From Octopus vulgaris (lineage: Eukaryota): a stretch of 64,000 bases of DNA. The stretch lies in assembly GCA_951406725.2 (NCBI GenBank), contig OX597821.1:92256001-92320000 (forward strand), in the 5' to 3' direction. Below are positions 28,124 to 41,246 of the stretch, one piece after another. The notes under the pieces were generated by a model, which saw only the letters and a list, made by a program, of their open reading frames with translations, was not told where the DNA came from and searched no databases. How positions within the stretch are numbered: position 1 is the first letter of the stretch; every line of letters starts with the position of its first letter. Position numbers and translations under genes: made by a program.

Positions 28124-28633
28124 GAGAAGGTGAAGTTTGTAGAATAGATTGAATGTTATATTAAAAATCTGGAAAATATATATGGAAGGGTGTTTTTGAA
28201 ATTAAAGTTACTGGCTTTGATTTAGGTAGGTAAACATTGGTATGAAAATTTTAGAGTTTGTATATATATCCTTAGTATGTTCACCACGGTAATCCATGAT
28301 AATTTTGTGTAACTGGTACCTTATCCTGCATTCAATATGTGGGACATAGAAAGTATAAGTATCAATTGATCAAACCATCCAACCCTTGCCAGCATGGAAA
28401 GCAGACATTAAACGATGATGATGATGATTATGTAAGATCCAGGGACTGAGGTGTAGGAAGAAAATTAGTTTCAAGCAATCTGTATTAGATATAAAAAAAA
28501 CAACTTTCAGGGACAATAGAGCATGTTTTCCATTTATTTATTTCATTGTTCGCAAAATAAGTTCATATTCCATGTTTTCATATTTTGTATTTCATGTTGT
28601 TTACATTTTATGATATCCTGTACCCATATATGC

Positions 28634-28717
<84 letters not shown>

Positions 28718-28977
28718 TTATATTAATATATATATAGAGAGATAGGTTATGAGAGGTAATGGTGTCAATAAGACCCAAAGGTGTCAGGTAATACTGAGTA
28801 AGTGCTAGGGACAGACCATAGTTAAGCTCGAGATTTGGTGATTATATGAATAAGGAGTCCAACATAAGTCATATACCAGCATGTGTATATATAATTTTTT
28901 TTTTCAGAATGAGATCAAATCCAAGGCTGTGAAAGACTTTAGGACATTTATAAATAGAAGGTTTTACAGCTGTTTCT

Positions 28978-29025
28978 GTCTCTGATGAAGAGATATTTAA
29001 AATATCCCGGAAACAGCTGTAAGAC
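28978..29025 (+). ncRNA. Minimal type I hammerhead motif
   Basis: GTCT CTGATGA AGAGATATTT A AAATATCCCG GAAAC AGCT GTA AGAC; palindromic stem III ACAGCTGT. Confidence 0.7.
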
Positions 29026-29997
29026 TTTCTATTCATAAATGTTCTAAAATCTTTCACAGCCTTGGATTTTTATCTCATTCTGAGAGTTTATTCAAAATAT
29101 GAACAGGAATATATTTTACAAAGGGAAAACAAGAAAATAATTAACAAGGGGAAGAAAGAAAAATTTAAAAAGGGGGAGAAAGAAAAAAAAAAAGAATGCA
29201 GCACCAAGTGTTTGAAATGTTCACACACCACAACGTTCAATGGAACCTCCTGAAGCAAGCCAGCATGCTCATGGCATTACAACTAGTGATGGGGAGGTTA
29301 AAACATTGGAACAGCCAAATTCCCTCAAGGGCATCACCTGACACCTTGGTGAGGCGAGCTGCCAATGATGACAATAATTCATTGTTAGTGGCCCAGTTCC
29401 TCCAAATGTCTCAAACATCATTCATTAATCAACAATTAATATTCTTATTTTGTTACAACATATTTGATATTAATTGTTATTAATAGTACAATTTTTAGTA
29501 CAAATAGTACAATTTGTAGTACAAATAGTACAATTTTTAGCAGCTGGCACTCATTCTGTTAGATATAAATAATTTCTTTTCTGATAGAATGACAGTGATG
29601 TCGAGATGATTTGTAGGAATATTAAATTGACTTCAGTACTTGACTGCTACTATATTTTTAATTGATTCTTGAAGAATGGAAAGCAAAGTTGTCTTTGGCA
29701 GGATTTTAATTTAAAGCATAAAAGACCATAAATACCATAAGTATTTCTCTGACCCACTCAAGATTCTACTAATCCATACATTAAATGGTGCCATTCCACA
29801 TATTAAATTATGAAGATTCATGTTTCAGTGCAAAAGTTATACGAAGAGGTATTTTAGAGAATACTAGCAGTATAACCCAGCCTTGCACGGGATTAAGTTA
29901 CGATTATTAAGCTAATCAAGTTCTTTATTTCAAGTCAAACTAAGTAATATAAACGTCCAATTTGGGCGAAATCTGTTGAAATTAGTTATATTATATA

Positions 29998-30046
<49 letters not shown>

Positions 30047-30207
30047 GTTGTATACTGTCAATCTAACAAGAACGTGACAGTAGGGGGTACACCACCGCTG
30101 TATAGCCCTAGGAAGCATCGAACACCTCCTGATAGCTTTGACACATTTTTTACCTTTGTCCTTATATACATATACGAAGGGGAGACAAACACCCCCGGCT
30201 GCCGGAA

Positions 30208-30265
30208 CTGCATCTAGGGACACCGTGTTTCAGGATCGTTGTCCTTCATCGGCCTAAAGTAGCAG
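30208..30265 (-). ncRNA. Type I hammerhead ribozyme, unit 1
   Basis: CTGCTACTTTAGG CCGATGA AGGA CAACGA TCCT GAAA CAC G GTG TC CCTAGATGCAG. Confidence 0.8.
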
Positions 30266-30572
30266 ACACCGGTCAGCTGGTGATATTTGCCTCGACTTCG
30301 TAATTGTATATATCTATATTCAGTGAAGTTTATTCACTGATTATCAAAATAAGAAATATTGAATTTCTAAATCTCTCGTAGAGACATGTACGGTGGTGGG
30401 GCGATAGAATGGTTGTATACTGTCAATCTAACAAGAACGTGACAGTAGGGGGTACACCATCGCTGTATAGCCCTAGGAAGCATCGAACGCCTCCTGATAG
30501 AATTGAAACATTTTTTCCCTGTGTCCTTATATACATATACGTAGGGGAGACAAACACCCCCGGCTGCCGGAA

Positions 30573-30630
30573 CTGCATCTAGGGACACCGTGTTTCAGGA
30601 TCGTTGTCCTTCATCGGCCTAAAGTAGCAG
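30573..30630 (-). ncRNA. Type I hammerhead ribozyme, unit 2 (identical to unit 1)
   Basis: Same sequence, offset 365 bp. Confidence 0.8.
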
Positions 30631-31104
30631 ACACCGGTCAGCTGGTGATATTTGCCTCGACTTCGTAATTGTATATATCTATATTCAGTGAAGTTTATTC
30701 ACTGATTATCAAAATAAGAAATATTGAATTTCTAAATCTCTCGTAGAAACATGTACGGTGGTGGGGCGATAGAATGGTTGTATACTGTCAATCTAACAAG
30801 AACGTGACAGTAGGGGGTACACCATCGCTGTATAGCCCTAGGAAGCATCGAACGCCTCCTGATAGCTTTGACACATTTTTTCCCTGTGTCCTTATATATG
30901 TATATATGTATATATGTATATATGTATATAAGGACACAGGGAAAAAATGTGTCAAAGCTATCAGGAGGCGTTCGATGCTTCCTAGGGCTATACAGCGGTG
31001 GTGTACCCCCTACTGTCACGTTCTTGTTAGATTGACAGTATACAACCATTCTATCACCCCACCACCGTACATGTCTCTACGAGAGATTTAGAAATTCAAT
31101 ATTT

Positions 31105-31163
<59 letters not shown>

Positions 31164-33210
31164 ATATAAATATATATGGGCAACAGACACGAACACACAT
31201 ACACACACATACGTACGTACACCTATTGCATGTTTTATGCACGCATACATGTTCATAAATAGAAATGAATGGGAAAAAAATGTTAAATTTGTAGATTAAC
31301 ACTCGTACGATTTTCACTAAGAAAAAAAATCGTTTTTTTTGCGTGGAATTAACTACTCTGGCCTCAAGACCTTTTTTATGGTCCGTGAAACGGAGTGGGG
31401 TGAGGTGGAAGCTTCACAAATTGTACTCATTTATATTGTGTAATTCACTGACAAATTATTACTCACCTCTTTGTTTTTTTGTTGTTAAATAAATGGATTG
31501 TCAACAAAACACTTTTTTACTCGGTGTAAAAATAAAAACAAAACTCCTTCGCACCCAAAGTAATGTGTGAGAGACAGAGAGGGGGGGGGGGAGAAAGATG
31601 AACGATTTAAAATAAATAAAGGATTAAAAATAAATATATTGTAATTCGTTTTGGGATTTGGTTTGCAAGATTCTTTATATGAGTTCGTATGTTGAAGCAT
31701 ATTCTGTTGTGTCTGGGGAGAGTCATTTTCTGTTTGTGCCTTATTATTTAACACACTCACCGGGAAAATTTACAGTTATTTCTTATTTTTATTTTCCTAA
31801 AATTTTCGTTGCGTCTTGAAACCTTTTCAATAGTTTTGACTCTGTCCGTTATTTACACTGCGTTCCTTTTTGTTTGTTTGTGCACATGTGTGTGGGTCAG
31901 TGTGTGTGTGTGCCTATACATGCACGCATGTACGTATGTATATGTGTGTGTGTGTTTGCATGTGTTTGTATGTATATATGTATGTGTCTGCATATGTATA
32001 TATGTATGTGTGTGCATCTGTATGTACGTATCCTGCATATTTATGTGCTTGCCTGTCCGTGTTTGTGTATTTTCTATGTATGTGTGTGTGAGCATGTGTT
32101 TGTATATATATGCACCTCTGTCTCCTTGTGTGTGCATATCTGTGTGTGTGTGTGTGTTATGTAACTATGTACCATGTTTGTATGTATGGATGTGCATCTT
32201 TATATGTGTGGATCCATGTCTCCATATGTATCTGTTCATATAGTCTATATACCTATCCGTCTGTATATTGATCTGTTTATTTACATATCTAACATACAAA
32301 CACGTGCAAACAAACACACACACACACACATACATACGTACATGCGTGCGTGTATAGGCACACACACACACACACTGACCCACACACATGCGTACAAACA
32401 AATAAAAGGGAATGCAATATATTGTAATTATTGTGTGAGAAAGTATATTATACTATCATTATAAAATATAGTGTCTTTCAAAAACAAAAAACAAAACATT
32501 TTACATTTTATCTTTTATGAACGCCATCACTTACTCTCTTTCTCTCTCCCTCTCTCACTTTGTCTTTCCCTTGAAACTCTCTGCCTCCTTCTTCCACTTT
32601 TCTTTATCTTATTATTTTGTTAGACGCCATCAAAAAAGCTAAGGCTGATATTTTTCGTGGCTAAAAGTTATATCTGAAAATATATATTTACGCTACCCAC
32701 GGGTGCCTAGGGGAAAAAATAAGTTGACAAAACCCAGATAGGGTGTTGACAAATGTCCTAAAATTTGAGCGACATGCGTGCTAATTTGTGGACGTGCATA
32801 AATTACAATCACGTACACACACACACTCACACACATCCTCCCTTTTATAGATATGATGAAAAAATTATTTTACACACACATGCACACACCTATGTATGTA
32901 TGCATATATTCACATCGTTATCATAATCATCATCATCACCATTGTTTTAATGTCCCCTTTTCCATGCTTGCATAAGCTGAACAGAATTTGTTGAAGTAGA
33001 TTTTCTATGGCAGGTACTCTTCCTGTTGCTAACCCTTACCTGTTTCCAAGTAAGGTAAATATCCTCTAAACCAAACATATTTTCACAGAGGGTTAGAAAT
33101 GATGGACAGTGCTTGCATGAGGGCAACATTCATTTACAACCATTATGCTATGCCAAAGCAAGGAAACACACAATCACACATATATGTATGTGTGTGTGTG
33201 TGTGTATATA

Positions 33211-33439
33211 TTTTTCTTTACTACCCACAAGGGGCTAAACACAGAGGGGACACACAAGGACAGACAAACGGATTAAGTCGATTATATTGATCCCAGTGTG
33301 TAACTGGTACTTAATTTATCGACCTCAAAAGGATGAAAGGCAAATCGACCTCGGCGGAATTTGAACTCAGAACGTAACGGCAGACGAAATACGGCTACGC
33401 ATTTTGCCCGGTGTGCTAACGTTTCTGCCAGCTCACCGC
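33211..33439 (-). mobile_element. SINE family B monomer
   Basis: Similarity to other copies. Confidence 0.85.
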
Positions 33440-33460
33440 ATTTTATGTGTGTGTGCGTGA

Positions 33461-33548
<88 letters not shown>

Positions 33549-33550
<2 letters not shown>

Positions 33551-33945
33551 GCGTGGCTGTGTAGTGAACTTCCCATCCACATGGTTCAGTCACACTACAT
33601 GGGCAAAAGACTTCTTCTATAGACTAGGGTCGACGAAAGCCTTATGAATGGATTTGGTAGACGGAAACTGAAAGAAGCCCATCATATATATATGTGTATA
33701 TATTTATGTGTGTGTGTGTCTTTGTGTCTGTGTTTGTCCCCACCACCATTGCTTGACAATCGATGCTGGTGTGTTTAGGTCCCAATAATTTAGTGGTTCA
33801 GCAAAAGAGACCAATGGAATAAATATTAGGCTTACAAACAATAAGTCTTGGAGTTGATTTCTTTGACTAAAACCTAAAATCCTTTAAGGGGTGTTCCATC
33901 ATGGTGACAGTCAAAGGACTGAAACAAGTAAAAGAATAAAAGAAT
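33549..33945 (+). mobile_element. SINE family A, diverged
   Basis: Similarity to other copies. Confidence 0.75.
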
Positions 33946-34119
33946 ATATATATATACATGAGGAGGGTTCATTAAAGATTTCGCCAGACCCACTTCTCAA
34001 GGACTGGATTAAATGAAACTTGGCATAATTATTAGTCCTTCTCTACACAGCCACCACCAATGGTTACACATTTCTCTCATTGCTTTATGCAGCTGTGAAG
34101 ACTTTCACAAACTTTCCTG

Positions 34120-34476
34120 TGCTTTCACTGTGATGGTTTTGTTAAGCAGTGTCGATTTTTACAATTCTGTAAATAATAATAATAGTATTTTATAAATTTA
34201 AAGCTTATCATGATCACCATACAATGAATAAAAAAAATTGTCTAATAATGGGGCATATAAGCCCACGACAGAAAAAGGTAGGTGTAGGTCCAAGTCTTAC
34301 GCATATGGGAAAACCTACTTTTTTCTGTCAAGGGCTTATATGCCCCATTATTAGACAATTTTTTTTAGTTATTGTGCAGTGATCACTATAATCTTTAAGC
34401 TTATAAAATATTATTATTATTATTTGCAGAATTGTAAGAGTCAACACTGTTTAACAAAACCGTCACAGTGAAAGCA
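34120..34476. repeat. Long imperfect inverted repeat (~165-bp arms)
   Basis: TGCTTTCACTGTGA...AAGGTAGGT mirrors ACCTACTTT...TCACAGTGAAAGCA. Confidence 0.85.
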
Positions 34477-34493
34477 TATATATATATATATAT

Positions 34494-34542
<49 letters not shown>

Positions 34543-34679
34543 TTCAGTCAGAAGATGAATTCTAATACCTTAATGTTCTTAACATTCAAATCAACATCTC
34601 TATCTATATATCTACCCTCTTTATAATGTTATCAATTAACATGAAAATCAGTATATGTATTGATGGAAAACCTCTATAA

Positions 34680-34765
34680 ATGGCTGATGATTGCTCAACA
34701 TTTTAAAATTGTTGCAATACTTACAATGTTTAATAAAATGATGTAGTGTGAAACGATCGTACTGA
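34680..34765 (+). ncRNA. Degenerate hammerhead motif, paralog of 10401-10486
   Basis: TGG CTGATGA TTGCT..AGTGT GAAACGATCGTA; stem I eroded. Confidence 0.55.
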
Positions 34766-35583
34766 ATTACCAAAGATATTCTTGTTGCTTATTTTGAGTA
34801 TATATATATACATGAAAATATGAATATTATCAAAATAATATTAATATCCAGCAAGAATAAAACACCATATAGGTAGAATTATAACTATATAAAGCAGATG
34901 TACACGAAGTACGATCATTGCTAGAAATAGCAGCTGGTAAATTTATGTCCTTATGTAGAGCTTCACTGAATATTTGTAGACAGAGATGTGTGCAGGCGGT
35001 GAATATAGGAAAATCCTATCTTACTTCTATGAAGACATATTCTTCCAATAAGAGGAGATAGGATTTGAACTCAAGATCTACCAGACCATAGCAAGTACAA
35101 CAGAACATTTTGTCAAGCACTTTCACTTTGCACTGTGTTTGTGTGTGTGCATGCATGTGTGTGTGTAGTGTATATTATATAATATGTATATAGCAAAAAT
35201 GGTGTGTGTCTGTGTGTAATAGAATTTATTTTAAGCTGAAAATTCTGAAATTGCATCTCTGAGTTTCATGTTTTAGTTATTCTCATGCAATAAAAGAAAT
35301 TAATCAAGTGATCTTGTATATACATATACATGTGTGTGTGTGTTTGTGTGTGTGTGTATGTGTGTGTGTTTGTGTGTGTGTGTGTGAGTGTGTTTGTGTG
35401 TGTGTGTGTGAGTGTGTGTATTTATACAAAATAAAAAAACCATTGAATATGCAATGCACGTTACCAAAAGGAAACTTTTTGATTTGATTGAACCATGTAA
35501 CAATATTATAAACTACAAGGTTCTCAGACATTGAACTCCGAGGAATTTTCAATTTCAACAAAAAAAAAATAATAATAATAATA

Positions 35584-38500
35584 ATAAAAAAATAAATTGA
35601 ATTGCAGCAACAAAAAACATTGAATGTGAGATACACATTAAACAAAAGGAAATTTTTGATTTGTCTGTAGCATGTATCAGTACGGTACAAAGCTGTTTAG
35701 AATTCATGCATAAGGTATTTTTAAAAGCTAGGTAGAGAGATACATAATGCATGTGTTTGTATGAATGCATAAATATATGTATTGAAGAATATATCTCTCC
35801 TCTCTACACACATTAAACTAGGAGTTTAGTGCAGTGGATTATCAGAATTGCTAAAGCTTTGTGAGTTCTGATGGTAATGTTTGTAAGGTGACTGGTTGCC
35901 AAGTTGTATCAGACATTGCCTTTCCTCCAGGAATACATGTGTGTGTGTGATTAAATGTGTACTTATGTGTGTTATTGACTGTGTGCCAATGTAATATAAC
36001 TGTATCACACACTCACAAACTCACCACACACACACACACACACACACACATCACATCACCGTCATCATCATGGGTCCGTAAAAGCCCCTATTACACTCTC
36101 AGAGTGGTTGGTGTTAGGAAGGGTATCTAGCCATAGAAACCAAACCAAACCAGACTGGAATCTGGTGCAGCTCTCCGGGTTACCAGTTTCAGTGAAACCA
36201 TCTAACCCATGCCAGCATGGAAGGTGGATGTTAAATGACGACAATGATGATGATGATGACGACGACGATGACAACAACGATGATGATGATGATGATGAAG
36301 ACTCACCCGGCACGGTAAAATGCATGTCCATGCCCCCCACCTCCTACTACTTCAACCCACCCATGCTCACCATCACTCCCCCTCTCCCCTGTTAAATCCC
36401 TTCCCCCCTCACCTCTAGTTCTTACTATCCTTTCAACATCTTGTGAACTCACTACCCTCTCACCCTCTCCAATCCTCAGTCCACTTCACTATATACACCA
36501 CCCTGTACCTTGGATGTACACCACCCCTTCTGTGTCACATTTTCATCTTTCTTTTCTCCATCTGGGGTAGCCATGTCTCTCTTTTAATGCAAGACACTTT
36601 CCTGTCCCTCAATACTACTTTCTCATCCCACCCTAGTTAAAGGGTCTTGTCCGGCAAGTTATTTGGATCTAACTGCTGCTGATGCCACATATAAAAAAAA
36701 AACAGCAGCCAGTACACCCTGTAAAGTTGTTGTCATTAGGAAGGGCACCCAGCTGTAGAAACCATGCCAAACCAGACAGCAGAGCCTGGTGTAGCCTTCT
36801 GACTTACCTCTTCCAATCAAATCCACAGCCCTTCAATATCCTCCCGAAGAACCTAAGAGACCTGCATGGGGTAGATGCAGAAACTGGATCTCTTCTTGTC
36901 AGGTATCCCAGATGAACCAACTTCATGGCAAGAGGTGCAGATGAGGGCAGCTGCATCGAACTCTCTCATGCACCAAATGGCAATTGCTAAAAAGCATTTG
37001 TGAAGTAGAATCATGTAGCAACACCAAATGGCAGTGCCCCAGCATGGCCACAGCTTGTGAGCTGAAACTAGATAAATAAATAAAAAATTTTTTTTAAATC
37101 GTCCAACCCATGCCGACATGGAAAATGGATGTTAAATGATGATGATGATGATGATGACGATGACTGATGATGATGCTGATATTGATGATAACGATGAGGA
37201 TGATGATGATGAACTGGTTATTGTTGTTATTGTTCAGTCCATGGTCAACCCCATACAAGCAGACCTGTATTGAAAGGTGTTCCAATCCTGACCATCCCGT
37301 TTCATTTAAAGACACGCAGGTCTACATTATCTAATGTAGTACTTGTCTTTTGCCAACAGAATAGGCGTGATCTGAAGGAGATTTGGCTGCTATATCCAGG
37401 AAATCGAATGACTACTTAGAGGCCTCCCTCATTGTTGTTTTCGATATTCTTTTCTACTCTAGGCACAAGGCCCGAAATTTGGGTGGGGTGGGAGGAAAAG
37501 GCCAGTCAATAAGATCGACCCCAGTATCCAACTGGTATTTAATTTATCGACCCTGAAAGGATGAAAGGCAAAGTCGACCTTAGCAGAATTTGAACTCAGA
37601 ACATAAAGACAGACAAAATACCTATTTCTTTACTACCCACAAGGGGCTAAACACAGAGAGGACAAACAAGGACAGACAAACGGATTAAGTCGATTATATT
37701 GACCCCAGTGAGTAACTGGTACTTATTTAATCGACCCCAAAAGGATGAAAGGCGAAGTCAACCTCAGCAGAATTTGAACTCAGAACATAAAAAAATAAAT
37801 TGAATTGCAGCAACAAAAAAACATTGAATGTGAGATACACATTAAACAAAAGGAAATTTTTGATTTGTCTGTAGCATGTATCAGTACGGTACAAAGCTGT
37901 TTAGAATTCATGCATAAGGTATTTTTAAAAGCTAGGTAGAGAGATACATAATGCATGTGTTTGTATGAATGCATAAATATATGTATTGAAGAATATATCT
38001 CTCCTCTCTACACACATTAAACTAGGAGTTTAGTGCAGTGGATTATCAGAATTGCTAAAGCTTTGTGAGTTCTGATGGTAATGTTTGTAAGGTGACTGGT
38101 TGCCAAGTTGTATCAGACATTGCCTTTCCTCCAGGAATACATGTGTGTGTGTGATTAAATGTGTACTTATGTGTGTTATTGACTGTGTGCCAATGTAATA
38201 TAACTGTATCACACACTCACAAACTCACCACACACACACACACACACACACACATCACATCACCGTCATCATCATGGGTCCGTAAAAAGCCCCTATTACA
38301 CTCTCAGAGTGGTTGGTGTTAGGAAGGGTATCTAGCCATAGAAACCAAACCAAACCAGACTGGAATCTGGTGCAGCTCTCCGGGTTACCAGTTTCAGTGA
38401 AACCATCTAACCCATGCCAGCATGGAAGGTGGATGTTAAATGACGACAATGATGATGATGATGACGACGACGATGACAACAACGATGATGATGATGATGA

Positions 38501-39925
38501 TGAAGACTCACCCGGCACGGTAAAATCCATGTCCATGCCCCCCACCTCCTACTACTTCAACCCACCCATGCTCACCATCACTCCCCCTCTCCCCTGTTAA
38601 ATCCCTTCCCCCCTCACCTCTAGTTCTTACTATCCTTTCAACACCTTGGATGTACACCACCCCTTCTGTGTCACATTTTCATCTTTCTTTTCTCCATCTG
38701 GGGTAGCCATGTCTCTCTTTTAATGCAAGACACTTTCCTGTCCCTCAATACTACTTTCTCATCCCACCCTAGTTAAAGGGTCTTGTCCGGCAAGTTATTT
38801 GGATCTAACTGCTGCTGATGCCACATATAAAAAAAAAACAGCAGCCAGTACACCCTGTAAAGTTGTTGTCATTAGGAAGGGCACCCAGCTGTAGAAACCA
38901 TGCCAAACCAGACAGCAGAGCCTGGTGTAGTCTTCTGACTTACCTCTTCCAATCAAATCCACAGCCCTTCAATATCCTCCCGAAGAACCTAAGAGACCTG
39001 CATGGGGTAGATGCAGAAACTGGATCTCTTCTTGTCAGGTATCCCAGATGAACCAACTTCATGGCAAGAGGTGCAGATGAGGGCAGCTGCATCGAACTCT
39101 CTCATGCACCAAATGGCAATTGCTAAAAAGCATTTGTGAAGTAGAATCATGTAGCAACACCAAATGGCAGTGCCCCAGCATGGCCACAGCTTGTGAGCTG
39201 AAACTAGATAAATAAATAAAAAATTTTTTTTAAATCGTCCAACCCATGCCGACATGGAAAATGGATGTTAAATGATGATGATGATGATGATGACGATGAC
39301 TGATGATGATGCTGATATTGATGATAACGATGAGGATGATGATGATGAACTGGTTATTGTTGTTATTGTTCAGTCCATGGTCAACCCCATACAAGCAGAC
39401 CTGTATTGAAAGGTGTTCCAATCCTGACCATCCCGTTTCATTTAAAGACACGCAGGTCTACATTATCTAATGTAGTACTTGTCTTTTGCCAACAGAATAG
39501 GCGTGATCTGAAGGAGATTTGGCTGCTATATCCAGGAAATCGAATGACTACTTAGAGGCCTCCCTCATTGTTGTTTTCGATATTCTTTTCTACTCTAGGC
39601 ACAAGGCCCGAAATTTGGGTGGGGTGGGAGGAAAAGGCCAGTCAATAAGATCGACCCCAGTATCCAACTGGTATTTAATTTATCGGCCCTGAAAGGATGA
39701 AAGGCAAAGTCGACCTTAGCAGAATTTGAACTCAGAACATAAAGACAGACAAAATACCTATTTCTTTACTACCCACAAGGGGCTAAACACAGAGAGGACA
39801 AACAAGGACAGACAAACGGATTAAGTCGATTATATTGACCCCAGTGAGTAACTGGTACTTATTTAATCGACCCCAAAAGGATGAAAGGCGAAGTCGACCT
39901 CAGCAGAATTTGAACTCAGAACATA
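35584..39925. repeat. Near-identical tandem segmental duplication (~2.2 kb x2)
   Basis: Identical or near-identical ORF translations at offsets 2204/2205, then 2136 after a 69-bp indel. Confidence 0.95.
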
Positions 39926-40172
39926 ACGGCAGACGAAATGCCTATTTCTTTATTACCCACAAGGGGATAAGCACAGAGGAGACAAACAAGGAGAGATAGA
40001 TGGATTAAGTCGATTATATTGACCCCAGTGAGTAACTGGTACTTATTTAATCGACCCCGAAAGGATGAAAGGCAAAGCCGACCTCAGCAGAATTTGAACT
40101 CAGAACATAAAGATAGACAAAATATTGCTAAGCATTTCACTCGGATGTTAACATTTCTGCTAGCTTGCTGCC
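39586..40172 (-). mobile_element. SINE family B tandem array
   Basis: Three ~183-bp units with ...AAATACCTATTTCTTT junctions. Confidence 0.85.
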
Positions 40173-40249
40173 ATTGTTATTAATATTGTTACTGTGTTGT
40201 TGTTTTGTTGTGCTGTGATAGTGGTAACAATGATGTCTTTATAGTGATG

Positions 40250-41056
40250 GTGGTATGTAGTGGTGGTGATAGTGATAGCGGTTGTGGTGGTAGTGACAAT
40301 GGTAATGGTCATGGTATTGGTGACGGTGATGGTGACGGCAGGAATGGTTATAGCAGAAGTAAAGATTGACTTATTAATCCTAACAATGGTTGTGATAGCC
40401 TGGGTGATAGTGGTAGTGGTAGAGCTAGCAGTTATGGTTGTAGTGGTGGTTGACGTGATGATATTTGTGTTGGTAGTGGTGGTGGTTATGGTAGTGTTTG
40501 GTGGTAGTGATAGTGGTTGTGGTAGTGGTGGTGGTAGTGGTGGTGGTAGTGGTAGTGGTTGTGGTAGTGGTGGTAGTGGTGATAGTGGTTGTGGTTACAG
40601 TAGTGTTGCTGGTAGTAAGAGTGATTGTGGTAGTGTTGGTGATAGTGGTGGTGGTAGTGATAGTGGTTATGGTTGTGGTTGTAGAGGTGGTGGGGGTAAG
40701 ACAGTGGTGGTGGGCATCATAGAGATAGTGATGGTAGTGGTGGTAAGATAGTGGTGGTAGGTGTGGTTATGGTGGTGTCAGTGGTATTATTGGTGGTAGC
40801 GGTAGTAGTTGTGATAGTGCTAGAGTTGATAGTTATGGTAGAGGTGGTGACAGTGTTAGGGGTTTTGGTGATAATAGTGTTGGCGGTAGTGGTAGTGGTG
40901 GCTCCGATAGCAGTAAAGGCAGTGCTTATGATTTTGTTGGCGATATTGGTAGTTGTGACAAGGTATGTGGTTTCAATGGTGAAAAGAGTAAGGATGGAAC
41001 CAATGATCTTAAGTATTGGCCATAATCACAGCCACGGCTGTGATGAGACTTGTGAC

Positions 41057-41142
<86 letters not shown>

Positions 41143-41180
41143 CAGTAGTAGTAGTGGTGGTGGTGGTGGTGGTGGTGGTG

Positions 41181-41246
<66 letters not shown>

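Larger units (their letters stand above)
30041..31109 (-). mobile_element. 365-bp tandem repeat (2.3 units) plus inverted partial copy; retrozyme/Penelope-like element
   Basis: Units start at 30041, 30406 and 30771; inverted arm 30926-31109 mirrors 30714-30897; (TA)n on both flanks. Confidence 0.8.
29864..32856 (-). mobile_element. Non-autonomous Helitron (~3 kb) containing the HHR tandem repeat
   Basis: Minus 3' end CCCGTGCAAGGCTGGG...TGCTAG|T at 29864; candidate 5' end A|TCATATCTATAAAAGGG followed by (TG)n at ~32856. Confidence 0.65.

Noticed and set aside
29930-31091. ORFs in the 365-bp repeat, and a possible CRISPR-like array
   Set aside because: Short repeat-derived frames on both strands; whole units are duplicated with no unique spacers and there are no cas genes.
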